Shown here: piece after piece, positions 1 through 13,600 of the stretch
Position numbering within the stretch: the stretch's first letter is position 1
Layout of the letters: every line of letters starts with the position of its first letter
DNA from: Mobula hypostoma
Taxonomy: Eukaryota
DNA length: 64,000 nucleotides
Direction: 5' to 3'
NCBI RefSeq assembly: GCF_963921235.1
Contig: NC_086097.1
Span: 159,590,001-159,654,000, forward strand
Notes under the pieces: generated by a model
Told to the model about the DNA's origin: nothing
The model's database searches: none
What the model saw: the letters and a program-made list of their open reading frames with translations, nothing else
Position numbers and translations under genes: made by a program

Positions 1-404
1 ATCATTGTAAATATCCTTCAAAATTCACCACACAGAAGGAGTCCATTTGATTCATCACGTCAGCCAAGGAAATATGAAATTAACCTTGGTGAAATCCCTC
101 CCAATGAAATGTCATTGATCTGAAACATTAACTCTCTCTCTCCTCAGATCCTGACTGAATTGCTGATTTCTGTATTTTCTGTTTTCTTTCAGACTGCTAG
201 CACTTGCAAGGTTTAGTTTTAAATGTCAAATGAATAATTCTTTTATATTTACAGTAATTTTCCTTTCCTGCTCATGCAGAATATTGGATTGTTCCAGTGG
301 AGAAGAGGCTGGAAAGACCTCCCTCTTGGTACAAATGCAAATTTTGACACAATTTTGGCTAAATGCACAAGTTAACATTCATTTTATTTTCTACTAAAGT
401 TATT

Positions 405-1808
405 CCCTAAGACGATAAGATTTTGGAGCAGAATTAAGCCATTTGGCCCATCGAGGGTGCTCCGCCATTTCTGATCCACTTCCCTCTCTGCCCCAATCTC
501 CTGCCTTCTCCCTGTATCTCTTTGTGGCCTGACTAATCAAGAATCTATCAACCTCTGCCTTAAATATATCCAATGACTTGGCCTCCACAGCTGCTTGTGG
601 CAATGAATTCCACAGATTTACCACCCTCTTGCTAAAGAAATTGCTTCTCATCATTATTCTAATTGGATGTCCCTCCATTCCGAAGCTGTGTCCTCTGATC
701 TTAGACTCCACCTGCATAGGAAACATCTTCTCCACATCCATTCTATCGAGGCCTTTCAACATCTGATAGGTTTCAAAATCAACCCCCCTCATTCTTCTGA
801 ATTCCAGTGAGTACAGGCCAAGAACCCTTCAGATGATCCTCTTAGGATAAGTGTTTCAATCCTGGAATCCTTTTCATGAAGCTTCTTTGAAACCATTCTA
901 ATGTCAACACATCCGTTCTTAGATAAGGAGACCAACACTCCTCACAAGACTCCAAGTGAGGCCTTACCTGTGCCCTAAAAAGTTTGACATTACATCCTTG
1001 CTTTTATATTCCAGTCCTTTTGAAATGAATGCTAACATTGCATTTGCCTTCCTCACTAGCAACTCAACCTGAAAGTGAACCTTTAGGGATTCCTGCATGA
1101 GGACTCCCAAATGCATTAGGACCTCAGACTTGCAAATTTTCTCCCCATTTAAAAAATATTCTACACCTTTATTTCTTTCACCAAAATGCATGACCATATA
1201 GACACTGCCACCATTCCACCTGCCACCTCTTTGCCTATTCTCTTAATCTGTCTAATTCAATCTGTAGCCTTTCTACTTCCTCAACACTGCCTACCCCTCC
1301 ACCTATCTTCGTATTGTCCACAAACATGGCCACAAACCCATTAATTCTATCACCCAGATCACTGACATATAGCATAAAAAGAAGAAGTCCCAACACAGAC
1401 CTCTTTATTCTAACTCTTTGCCTCCTGTTAATCAGCCAATGTTCTATCCATGCTAATACCCTTCCTGTAATACCATGGATGCTTAACTTGCTAAGCAGCA
1501 TCATTTACGGCATCTTATCAAAGGCCTTCTGAAAATCCAAGTACAAAACATTCACCAATTCTTCTTTGTCTATCCTGCTTGTCATCAGATACATCCTGCA
1601 TGATCCAACAGATCTGTCAGACAATATTTTTCCTTAAGGAAATCATGCTGACTTGGGCCTGTTCTATTATTTATCTCCAACTACCCCAAAACAACATCCT
1701 TAACAATGTTCCCAACCACCAATGTCAGACTAACTGCCCTATAATTTCCTCTCTCCCTTATTGAGCAGTGGAGTGATATTTGCAATTTTCCAGTCTTGCA
1801 GAACCATC
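405..1808 (-). mobile_element. Degenerate 5'-truncated CR1-clade LINE (RT C-terminal half and 3' end)
   Basis: Minus-strand ORF fragments read 'LGLLLFMLYVSDL..FVDNTKIGG' (decayed FADDTK), 'KANAMLAFISKGLEYKS' and 'FFSKRVVNLWNSLP', all typical of CR1 ORF2. There are many frameshifts. Confidence 0.85.
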
Positions 1809-1809
1809 A

Positions 1810-4800
1810 TACTTTATACTTTATACTGTATTGTCACCAAACAATTCATACTAGAACGTACAATCATCACAGCGATATTTGATTCTGCGCTTCCTGCTCC
1901 CTGGATTACAAATATTAAATATTAAAAGTAGTAAAAATTAGTAAATATTAAAAATTTAAATTATAAATCATAAATAGAAAATAGAAAAATGGAAAGTAAG
2001 GTACAGCAAAAAAAAACCAAGAGGCAGGTCCGAATGTTTGGAGGGTACAGCGCAGATCCGGGTCAGGATCCGTTCAGCAGTCTTATCACAGTTGGAAAGA
2101 AGCTGTTCCAAAATCTGGCCGTACGAGCCTTCAAGCTCCTGAACCTTCTCCCGAAGGGAAGAGGGATGAAAAGTGCATTTGCTGGGTGGGTCGTGTCCTT
2201 AATTATCCTGGCAGCACTGCTCCGACAGCATGCGTTGTAAAGTGAGTCCAAGGATGGAAGATTGGTTTGTGTGATGTGCTTCGCCATGTTCACGATCTTC
2301 TGCAGCTTCTTTCAGTCTTGGACAGGACAACTTCCATACCAGGTTGTGATGCACCCTAGAAGAATGCTTTCTACGGTGCATCTATAAAAATTAGTGAGGG
2401 TTTTAGGGGACAGGCCAAATTTCTTTAGTTTTCTCAGGAAGTAAATGCGCTGGTGGGCTTTATTGGCAGTGAACTCTGCTTGGTTGGACCAAGTCAGGTC
2501 ATTTGTGATATTGACCCCAAGGAACTTAAAGCTTTTGACCTGTTCCACTTGCGCACCACTGATGTAAATTGGGTCGTGCGGTCTGCTACTCCTTCTGAAG
2601 TCAACAACCAATTCCTTCGTCTTGCTGACGTTGAGGGATAGGTTATTGTCTTCGCACCATGCCACCAGGTTCTTAATTTCCTCTCTGTACTCAAACTCAT
2701 CATTACCCGAGATACGGCCTACAATTGTTGTGTCATCAGCAAACTTATATATTGAGTTTGATGGAAACTTGGCTACACAATCATGGTTGTACAGTGAGTA
2801 AAACAGGGGACTGAGTACACAGCCTTGTGGAGCACCGGTGCTCAGAGTGATTGTAGAGGAGAGCTTTTCCCCTATTTTTACAGCCTGAGTCCTGTCTGTG
2901 AGGAAGTTGAAGATCCAGCTGCAGATCTGAGTGCTAAGGCCCAGGTTCCGGAGCTTAGGGATCAGTTTATTTGGAATGATGGTATTAAAGGCAGAGTTGT
3001 AGCCAATGAAAAATAGCCTTACGTATGTGTCTTTATTCTCCTGGTGTTCTAAGGAGGAATGTAGGGCCAGAGAGATGGCATCTGCTGTTGACCTATTGCT
3101 CCGGTAGGCGAATTGCAAAGCATTGAGGTTGACCGGTAGACTGTGGTTGATGTGTGCCATAAACAATCTCTGGAAGCACTTCATAGAATTGATGTCAGAG
3201 GCACAGGTCAATAGTCATTCAGGCATGCCACCTTGCTCTTCTTCAGCACTGGGATTATCGTTGCCTTCTTAAAACACGAGGGGATCTTAGACTGAAGCAA
3301 GGAGCAGTTGATGTCAGCAAACACTCCAGCTATCTCGCTTGCACAAGCCTGAAGAACCCATCCCGGGATGCCATCTGGGCCCGTCGCCTTCCTTGGATTT
3401 ATCTTCAGGAAGGCCCCTCTAACGTCCTCCTCGGTGACGATGAATCTCGCTGCCACCAGGTCTGGTTCATCCAGAGGGAGCGAGATGCTCCTCTTCTTTT
3501 CAAATCTTGCGTAGAATACGTTATGTTCGTCAGGAACGGAAGCACAACAGTTATTGATATTCCCAGCCTTTTCTTTGCACCCAGTGATCTCGTTTAGACC
3601 CTGCCATAGTCTACTGGCATCCCTCTCGTTAGCCTGGCCTTCCAACTTGGCTCAATATTGCTTCTTGGCACCATTAATGGTTTTCTGGAGTTCACACTGG
3701 GATTCCATGTAGCAACTGGTATTCCTGGACCTAAAAACCACAGCTCTAGCCATTAAAAGGGACTTGACCTCATAATTCATCCAAGGTTTCTGGTTAGGGA
3801 ATATCCGAATTGTCTTGCGAGACACACAGTCCTCCGTGCATTTCCAAATAAAGTCCGTGACAGCTGAGGCATACTCACCGAGGTTAGTTGTCAAGTCCTT
3901 GAATACTAACCAGTCCACCGACTCAAAGCAGTCATGGAGGACCTCATCCCTTTCCTCCATCCAACGAGACACTACTTTTGACACCATGAACTCCCACTTC
4001 AGTTTCTGTTTGTAAGCCGGGAGGAGGAGTACGGCCTGATGGTCTGATTTTCTGAAGTGAGGTCGTGGGACGGAACGGTAGGCATCTTTGACTGCTGTGT
4101 AGCAGTGGTCAAGTATACTCGGGCCTCTAGTGGGGCAGGAGACATGTTGGTATAACTTTGGCTGCGCCTTTCTGAGGTTGGTCTGGTTAATGTCCCCAGC
4201 TGTAATGAGCAAAGCCTTCGGGTACCTGGTCTCAAGTTCACTGATGTTGGCATACAGTATGTTCAGAGCACACTCCACGTCCGCCTGGGTGTGAATGTAG
4301 ACCGCTGTCGGTATGACCGAGGTAAATTCCTGTGGCAGATAGTAGGGCCGGCACTTCACTGACAGGTGTTCCAGGTCCAGGCTGCAGGAGCTTGTCAGTG
4401 CCACTGTGTCCGAGCACCACACAGTGTTGATTAGTAGACAGACACCACCTCCCCTCGTCTTGCCTGAAGACGCCGTGTGGTCCATCTGATGGATTGTAAA
4501 TCCCTCCGTTCGGATGGCACAGTCAGAGGTGGCAGGGGAGAGCCAGGTCTCGGTGAAACAGAATACAAAGCAGTTCTGCATCTCCCTGCAGTATGTGAGT
4601 CTCCCTTTAAGATCATCCACCTTGTTCTCTATGGCTTGCACACTAGCTAGTAGGATGGTGGGCATAGGGACCATGAAGCCCCTCAGCTTCAATCTGACCA
4701 GCAGCCCAGCTCTTTTCCCACGCTTCCTCGGTAAATAGTGCATCTTTCCAGGTTTCCATCAATGCAGTGTGTTGGCAGCTCTTTGAGGTTGGTGGATGCG

Positions 4801-5440
4801 TCCCGCGGTGATCGATCGGCTGGTCGCGTCGTTGGATGCTCCGGGTCGGGCCAAGTAACAGGGGAGGCTCTGCTGCCAGAGGCCCGGGCTGTCGATTGGG
4901 TCAGGCCCCGAAGCCGACTTAATCCCGGAGGGCCGGACTCCTGGTTTAATCAAGTCCTTAAGCCGAGTCATGGTTGCGGAAGCCTCCGCTCCAGCAGAGC
5001 CTCGGGCTCGATTTCCGAGGTCGGTGGCCGAGGCCTCACTTCCGGTAGCTGTGGATGGCCACCAATGGGGCTTTACGGTGGTTGCTCCAGGGAAGCGTCT
5101 GGGGCACCTTGAAATCTCCACCATCACTTCTGTGTGGTCGTCTGCTCTGGCGAGGTGCTGGTCGAAATGGGCCGCGTCTCCAAGCGCTCCGGCACGGTCG
5201 CAGACCGCGGGTCTCCAGGAACGTGTTTGGCCTCGTTGGTCGGGTCCAGGTGTGGTCCGGAGTTTAAGAAGCAGTTCTGGCGCGGTGGTCTCCAGCTGGG
5301 TCAGTAGCTTCGCCAGGGTGTTGTTGATCTTGATCTTGCTAGATTTGAGGTTTAGAAGGTTTTCTCGGGTGTAGGATAGTGGAGAGGGCAGTTTGCTCGG
5401 GAGAGCACGCGCAAAGTCGCCAGTTACCGGCGCCATCTTT
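1810..5440 (-). mobile_element. Full-length Rex1/Babar-clade LINE
   Basis: 5' start AAGATGGCGCCGG. N-terminal 'SYTRENLL' and 'RKRGKRAG' motifs. APE motifs (FCFTETWL, GGGV, AGDIN, LDHCY, SDH). RT motifs ([19 protein letters not shown]). C-terminus 'RFWNSFFPTVIRLLN'. 3' (TATAAAG)n tail at about 1810-1826. Confidence 0.93.
2063..5436 (-). pseudogene. Single APE-RT ORF of the Rex1/Babar LINE (~1120 codons), disrupted
   Basis: Track ORFs 4759-5472, 3652-4743 and 3208-3645 are in one frame, separated by single TGA codons. A 1-nt deletion near 3186 shifts to 2312-3211, which is in frame with 2063-2293 across another TGA. Confidence 0.9.
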
Positions 5441-5504
5441 TCTAAATATAGAGAAGATGCATATGCCATCATTTAAATGCACATGTCATTTGTATTAGAA
5501 TGAT

Positions 5505-5856
5505 GAATAGAACATTGGAAATCCTATGACACAGAAGAAGACAATTTGGCAAATGAAGTCTGTCTCAGTTCTCAGAGTAATTCCACAAGTCTCATTCTTC
5601 CACTTTTATTTACATGTAAACCCTTTCTCTCTTATGTCCCCACCTATTCCTCCCGGATTCTCTTGCCACCTACTTACAAGAACAAATTCATCTGTCACCA
5701 TATCTTTGGATGTAGGAACAAGCTGGAACCCCTTGTGGAAACGTACTCAAATACAAGTCAACATGTAAACTCTGTGCAGCTAGAACTGAAGGTCAGGATT
5801 GAACCTGGGTTGCTGAAACTCTGCCATACCACTATGTCTCGTAGTGTGCCGTTGTG
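5505..5856 (-). mobile_element. Degenerate tRNA-derived V-SINE (HE1-like)
   Basis: Minus-strand B-box-like GGTTCAATCC, a decayed V-domain, and a CR1-like 3' tail near 5505-5560. Confidence 0.55.
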
Positions 5857-6126
5857 CACAAAACAATTCAGAATGGTGTATTTTGGATTTTTTGCAGTAT
5901 TTTTGAAGACATTTTGAATGAATTGTAAAGAATAGTGATGTTTATGTGAGGCCACGCCAGGAGCATTATGTACAGTTTTGTTTATCCAGTTATTGGAAAG
6001 GCATGAATAAACTGGTAAGAGTGCAAAGAAGATTACGAAATTGTCCCAAGTCATGCGTTTAAAAAAAAAGTTTGGAGAAGCTATGACTTTATTCCTTGGA
6101 AAATTGGACACGGGGCTGAACTTTGA

Positions 6127-7272
6127 GCCCATCGTTTAACATCATCATTCCCACAATCCTGACTGAGAAGTTGGAGAACCTGGGCCTATGTACCTCCCTC
6201 TGCAATTGGATCCTTGACTTTCTAACTGGAAGACCACAATCTGTGCGGATTGGTGATAACACATCCTCCTCACTGACAATTAACACTCGCATACCTCAGG
6301 GGTGTGTGTTTAGCCCACTGCTCTACTCTCTCTATATCCATGCCTGTGTGGCTAGGCATAGCTCAAATACCATCTACAAACTTGCTGATGATACAATCAT
6401 TGTTGGTCGAATCTCAGATGGAGATGAGAGGGCTTACAGGAGCAAGATATGCCAACAAGTGGAGTGGTTTTACAGCAATAAGCTTGCACTCAACGTCAGT
6501 AAGACGAGAGAACTGATTGTGGACTTCAGGAAGGGTAAGACAAAGGAACACACACCAATGCTCACAGAGGGATCAGAAGTGGAGAGAGTAAGATGGTTCA
6601 AGTTCCTGGGTGTCAAGATCTCTAACCTGGTCCCAAAATATCAATACAGTTATAAAGAAGGCATGACAGTGACTATACTTCATTAGGAGTCTGAAGAGAT
6701 CTGGTATGTCAACAAATACACTCAAGAACTTTTATAGATGTACTGTGGAGAGCATTCTGACAGGCTACATCACTGTCTGGTATGGCGGGGTGGGGGTGGG
6801 GGGCTACTGCACTGGACCGAAAGAAGTTGCAGAGGGTTGTAAATTTAGTCGACTCCATCTTGGGCACTAGCCTACAAAGTATCCAGGACATCTTCAAGGA
6901 ACGGTGTCTCAGAAAGGCAGTGTCCATTACTAAGGACCTTCGGCACCCAGGGCATGCCCTTTTCTCACTGTCGTCGTCAGGTAGGAGGTACAGAAGCCTG
7001 AAGGCACACACTCAGTGATTCAGGAACAGCTTCTTCCCCTCTGCCATCCATTTCCTAAATGGATATTGAACCACCATTTTAAGATACATTATTTCTGTTT
7101 TTGCATGATTTTAATCTATTCAACATACGTATACTGTGAATTGATTTACTTATTTATTATTATTATTTTATGTTCTTCTTCTTCTGTATTATGTATTGTA
7201 TTGAACTGCTGCTGATAAGCTAACAAATTCTACGACACATGCTGGTGATAATAAAACCTGATTCTGATTCTG
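6127..7272 (+). mobile_element. 5'-truncated Rex1/Babar LINE inserted in a CR1 3' fragment
   Basis: ORF 6123-6686 contains '[14 protein letters not shown]' and 'YKLADDT'. The 3' tail is AATAAAACCTGATTCTGATTCTGA. CR1 3'-end sequence lies on both sides (6010-6126, 7273-7350, 7600-7735). Confidence 0.88.
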
Positions 7273-8699
7273 ACTTATAAAGGAGTATAAAATCACGAGG
7301 GGTATAGATGGGAAGAAAACATGCAGTCTTTTTCCCAGGATAAAGAAATCAAAAACAGTGTTCACCCTGGTGCCACCCATGGATCACGGTGTCCTGCTCT
7401 ACTCTCTTTCTGCAGTGTCAGGAAAGGGATGCAGCTGCTTTTCCCCAAATGGGAGACCAGGGCTGAGGGATGAATATCCCTCGGTATTTAATGTTCAGAA
7501 AGGCAGGAGGATGGGTGGGCTGGGCAGGGCAGAGTGTGGTAGGGAGTGGAGGAGATGCCGGGTGGGTGGGTGGGGGAGAGGATCAGGTGGAGGTTAAGGA
7601 AGAACATCTAGTAGATGGAGTAGGGACGTTTATGGACTAAACTAGTGCTAATGGGACTAGCTTAGATGGGTATCTTGGTCGGCATGAAACAGTTGGGTCA
7701 AAGGGCTTGTTTCTGTGTTCTTTACTCAGTGACATCCATTATTAAATAAAGAACCAGCTGATGAAATTCAGTCCCTGTAGAGAGGTTTGACAGAGATAAT
7801 TCCCTGGAAGCATTATTTGAAGTATTAAAGTGAATGCATTGATTCTAGTTTGTGCAGTATCTTATAGGGACTACTAAGCAGTTGCTAACATTTTCCTTTG
7901 TGCTGCTGACTGAAGAATGTGGCTAATGTTACCTAAAATTCAAAATATCCAAAGGGAGGATAGTCATGAATATCTGATGCCCAAGATAGAAGAGCTGCAT
8001 ACTGTGCAGAAACAGATTATAGCTCTTTTATCACAGGAATTTTTAACATGAACTGCAATAAGTTTCCAGGGAATATCTTTGTCAAACCTCTCTACAGGAA
8101 TTGAATGAATATTTGAAGTTTGTATTGTGACAAAAAGAATGGCTGATTATGTTGACATCTACACCCTGTGGGCAGCTAATAAGCTTTAACCAGCATCAAA
8201 GCATGCAACAGAAAAGCAATACAAATCACTCCTGATAAAACACCTTGACTTTGCTACATTTTTGTAAAACAACTGAAGCTAATCCCTAATTAATTTTGTT
8301 ACATTCAAGGGGATTCATGCAGATCAATTCAAATAGACTCTACTGAAATAACTTTAAGATCAGGCCTGGTCTGAGATTCTAATTTAGCGGTGGAACTGCA
8401 ACAAATTCTTTCTACACTTTGTCAGTAGATATGCACTGATGGCTGTCACATGGTTCAAAAGTGACTCAATAGCCATGGGAAAATGAGGATCATTGCACCT
8501 TCAATGTGCTTATGTTCACAGTCACTTTTTCTTTATCTGATGTTCTGATACACTATACAATCTCTCCTCTCACCACTTGAACTTTATTGATATCCACATC
8601 GAGATAGCTTGTCACACATCCAAATCTACATTTCTTCTAATCCAGAATCATCCATGGAAGATTATTGAAAGAGGAAGAGGAAAAATTCTGTTGTTGTAT

Positions 8700-9040
8700 T
8701 AAAAAAAATCTCAAAACAACTGAATGGCCTTGTTAGGCTATAATAGTGAGGTGCTGTAGCTAATTTACTGAATGCAAATTCCATAAGATGGCAATGAGAT
8801 AATAATAAAGAAATCTGCTTTAGTGTATTATTTGGGGCATAAAGTTAGCCAAATGTATTAAGTTTGTTTACTGTATTCTTTACATACAACCCAAACAGAT
8901 GGTTTACCGTATCAGCTGAAAAATGGCCTTTATCTTATGATATTCCCTTAGTTTTGTCACATTAAATTACTGCCTTAGGCTCTGGGCTGCACTTCCAGTT
9001 CACTGTTTTCCTGATCCAAAGGTGTGAGCTGCCATTGAAA
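8700..9040 (-). mobile_element. Ancient Deu-domain SINE remnant (tentative)
   Basis: Decayed resemblance to the Deu-SINE body and tail ('gcaatgagataat...atctgctttagtg'). Similar remnants appear at about 50330-50600 (+), 59040-59280 (-) and 62350-62465 (-). Confidence 0.35.
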
Positions 9041-9121
9041 CAAACCTGGCATCTGGTCGCTATGGCAGCAGAGTCAGCACTGCCAGTAGCAATGAGCTAC
9101 CCTGATTCAACACTCACAATT

Positions 9122-9265
9122 TAAGTTTCAAGTTTATTTATCACGTGTATGTCAAAACATACTGTGAAATGTGTCATTTACCCTAACAGCCAACACAACC
9201 AGAGGTGTGCTGGGGGCAGCCCGCAAACATCGCCACATATTCTGATGCCAACATAGTATGCCTAC
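9122..9265 (-). mobile_element. 3' fragment of a short retroposon (SINE-like)
   Basis: Minus-strand ATAAATAAA plus a (CTTGAAA)-type tail, following the segment 'gtgctgggggcagcccgcaaac'. Confidence 0.4.
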
Positions 9266-10696
9266 AAAGCTTGGCAGGAAACAACAAACAAACAAACAAA
9301 AACTGCAAAGCAAGCAACCCTCCCAACCAACCCCACACATACACAGTATTCTCACCCCAAGATAATTTGTTTTCTTCATTCACCAGGCTCCAGCACACTT
9401 GGATTGGGACACAGATTTGGTGGTAGAAATGCAGGCATTGTGTCTTCGACTACTCCAGTGGACTAGCAAAGATTCATAATCCTGGGGATCCAGTCAAAGA
9501 GCCTCAACTTCTGGAATTCTGATTCAACCCTTCTCTCTTTTCCATTCCTCATTATGGCTCCCCTATTACTCTTCTCTTCTTTTCACCTAACCAGTTCTTC
9601 CCTCTAGTGACTCTTCTCCTTCCCTCTCTCCTATGACTCACTATTCTCTCTCATCAGTTTCTTTCTTCTGCAGTCCTTTATCTCTTTCACCTCCACCTCG
9701 CAGCTTCTTCCTTCATCCACACCTCCCTCCCCCACCTACCCACCTTTCTCCTCACCTGGTTTCATATTAACTAAATTTGTAATAAGCAAATACAGTCCCC
9801 TATTTACTCACCAACTTTTGATCAGTCTCTGATGTGGTTTGATGATCCTTTTCAGTCTGCTATTTGTTTCCACAGATTTATTGTTTTCATTTGCTAAAAT
9901 ATTATTAGTGTCTTTCTGAGAACTCTGATCAGCATGTTCATTTCTTCCACATATTTTTGCCAAGATCCTATCTGTTTGTCTCTTTTCTTGTCCTTGTTGT
10001 GTGACCATAGTTCACTCCATGTTCTCCATAATGGAGCCCTGGACTGCATTCATGTGATCAGTGACTCATTTCATAAGTTCCAAGTGATCTGTCTTAATTC
10101 ACAGAGATCCCTCTGACTGTGTTTCATAGATAACAATTCCCCATGTTGGTTTGTGTTGAGGTGGTGTTATTGTTCTGACTTTGGGGACCGTGTACTCTTC
10201 CATGAGTGTTGCATGGTCATCTCTGGTCTGTGAAGCCACTACAAAAACTTGAATGAGATTACTGTCTCAGTCACAGTCACTGGAACAATCCATTCTGTTT
10301 TACCAGTGTCAGCAGTCTGTAAGGAATCTATAAAGACTTCCTCCATTTCCTCAGCTACTATGTACACTTTTCTCTTGGTTGCCCCAGCTTTGCAGCACTT
10401 CGCAAAATGATTCTTCTTCCCAAAATTACTGCAGAACTTTCCATCAACAGGACACATTTTTGGAATGTGCCTGCCTCCACATTTGCTGCATTTGATGTTT
10501 GAGCTATCCTTTCTGCTTTGCTGTTGTTCTGGGAAACACCTTTTGCTCTGACCCTCTGTTTTCATAGCATGCTCTGTTGTATCAGCCCTGTGCAGCTCTT
10601 TAACTTGTGCTTGTGTGGTCTCCACTTCCCTACACATATTCACAGCCTTTTCCAGCATCAGATCTTTTTCATGGAGCAATCTTTCTCTGAGCTCAT

Positions 10697-13600
10697 TGTT
10701 GTGTCTGTGCATAACTACATATATACTGTATGCAGGAGATGGCTTTAACTGGTATATTCACATTGCAGTGAGAGAGAGAGAGAACAATGCACATGCATAG
10801 ATAACAACACATGCACAGACAACAGATCAATATGTACTACTGAGAGGTGGGAAAGGTCATTGATCTAAAAGAAATAGATCTATACATTACACTTCCTCCC
10901 CCTTTAGGTTAATGCAACATAAGCTGTGTATGTACAAAACATTCAATTTCCCTTTCATAACCCCTTATGCCAAATAAACACACTTTTACAATAACAGTCC
11001 ATAACTACATAACTACATAACTAACTTTACAATTCAGATTCAGTCTTTTGGGTGGTGCTCTGTTTCCTTTAGGATAGCTCCTCTAGACCTGTAGAGTGGC
11101 ATTGATTTTGCTAGGCGTCTTGTCTAAGAGAACAATTTCAGTTTCCCATGTCATGTTGCTGTCAGTGACATGATCATCACAAAGAGGCAAGTCTGGTGAC
11201 TGTAATGTGTCCATTCTGTTGTATGCAGTTGACTCAGTGTTGTTCTTCAGTTGAACATCCAGTACCTGGTCCACATGACGTCTCAATGTTTGATCTCCAA
11301 CATCCACTGTGTACATCAGTGGTCCAGTTCTTTAGCTATCTGACCGGGTGTCCACTTGCCTTCTCAGTAATCACATGGTAGGATTTCCTGTTCAACCTCG
11401 AAACTCCTTGCTGCTTCACTTGACAACAGGCTGACCTGTTTACTCTGCACTTCCCTCCAGAGGTCTGGTTTCAGGAGGTCTATGCAAGATCTCAGATTCC
11501 CGTTCATGAACAGCATTGTAGGAGTTTGATTTGTTGTCGCATGAACAGATTTCCTATACACAAAAAGGAAGTTGTCTATCTTGTGCTGTATAGAAATGTC
11601 CTCCTTGCTCATTGCTTTCATGGATTTCTTGAAGGTTTGGATAAGCCATTCAGCTAACCCATTCATTGCCGGGTTGTGAGGAGCTGACTTGAAATGTCTG
11701 ATGCCATTTTTCTTCATTAACGGTCAAAGTTCTGCTGACGTGTATTGGGGTCTGTTGTCTCTCACAATTTGTTCTGGTAAGCCATTCCTGGCAAAGGTCA
11801 AAGGTAGTCCTCAGATTGGAGGCAGTATTTGCTGAGCTGGTTGACTTCATTGTTATAACCCCTGTCGACTTTGAATGAACATCCACAGCAATCACAATCA
11901 TGGAGTTCATGAACAGCCCAGCAAAGTCAATATGTACTCTTTGCCATGGTGACAACAGCCAATCCCACAGGTGTAACAGTGCGTGTGGGGGTGCATTTGG
12001 AACTTCTTGGCATCTTAAACAGCTTTTTTGGCCAAGTTTTCAATCTGTTCATCTATTCCCGGCTACCACATGTAGCTCTGGGCGAGATCCTTCATCTTGC
12101 CTGCATCTTGCTGTTTTTCATACAGATTTTCTAACACTCTGGTGGGTAGTTTAGAGGGAATCACAACACAAGATCCATACCTCAGCGTTCGTTAACTTAC
12201 TGACAGTTCATCTTGTCTCACTGAGAACTCTGGAAACATAGGGTTACCTTGAGCTGGCCATCCTTGCATGGTGATGTCATAGACTTCTGAAAATGTCAGG
12301 TCATTCCTCGTTTCCCCCTTGTATTTTGGAATTTGTTACCGGCAACTGGTCCACAATGTGGTGTGGAACACTTCTGCTGGGTCACAGTATGAAGACCTCT
12401 CTTCTTCAGTTGCCAGTAGTGGAAGACGTGACAAGCCATCAGCATTGCTGTGTTGTTTGGTGCCCATGAACTCAATGTCATAAGAGTGGGCTCCTGGGAA
12501 TAGTGCCCAACGTTGTAACCGGGTAGCAGTCATTACTGGAATTCCGCCCTGGGATTGAAAATGGACACAAGGGGCTGTTGATCTGTCACTTAAGTAAACT
12601 TTGTTCATAGGGGTAATGATGAAACTTCTTTATTCCCCATACTAGACTAAAGGCCTCTCAGTTCATCTGTGCGTAGTTGTGTTCTGTGTTTGTCAGAGAT
12701 CTTGAAGCAAATGCAAGCGGGCATTCAGATCCATCTTTCATAACATGTGACAAAATAGCTCCAATGCCATAAGGGGATGCATCGCATGCCAGTCTTATGG
12801 GCAGGGATGGGTCATAATGGGTGAGCAGTTCATCTGAGGTTATTAGTCTCTTTGTTTCCTTGAATGCTTATTCCTATCTTTCTGACCATTCCCACTTTGC
12901 TCCTGTCTATAACAGTGCATTCAATGGATGCAACACTGTATCAATGTTTGGGAGAAACTGGTGCTTTACAAGACCCAAGTATGACCTGAGTTGTGACATA
13001 TTTTCCGGTTTGGGTGCCTGTAGCATTGCTTCATTCTTCTCTTGTGACTTACGTAAGCCACGCTTGTCAATGTCCTGTCCACAATATGAGATTTTATTCC
13101 TGAAATTCTCACATTTCTCTCTCTTTGCGCACAGACCATACTCACTCAGTCTGGTAAGCATTTTACGAAGGTTCTGGAGTTGCTCTTCATAATTGTTGCC
13201 AGTCACAATGATGTCATCAAGATAACATTGAGTTCCTGGGATATCTTGGAGCACGCGGCCCATTTCTCTTTGTGAAATTGCCAGAGTTGATGCAACGCCA
13301 AAGATGAAATGATTATATTGAAACAGTCCCTTGTGAAAAACGTCTTGCTTTACTCCTCAATTTCCATTTGCAGATAGGGTTTGTGACAAGTCACTCTTTG
13401 AAAACCTCTCCCAAAAATATCTTCCCTTCATGGCAGGGGATACTGCACAGTACTCAGCACTGGGTTGATGTTCACCTTGAGATCCCCACATATGTGAACG
13501 GCTCTGGCCTTCCCCTTCTTGCTCACCGAGACAATGGGCATGGCCCAGTCGCTCCACCCAACCTTGGAGAGGATTCCAGATGCCTCCAAGCTCTGGAGCT

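Noticed and set aside
255..328. Possible + strand exon (acceptor at 254 or 279, donor GTACAA at 329) with open frames
   Set aside because: The donor is weak and the peptide is unrecognisable. It cannot be supported without transcript data or homology.
4738..5374. Overlapping + strand ORFs of 124-134 aa
   Set aside because: Antisense shadows of the GC-rich Rex LINE 5' region.
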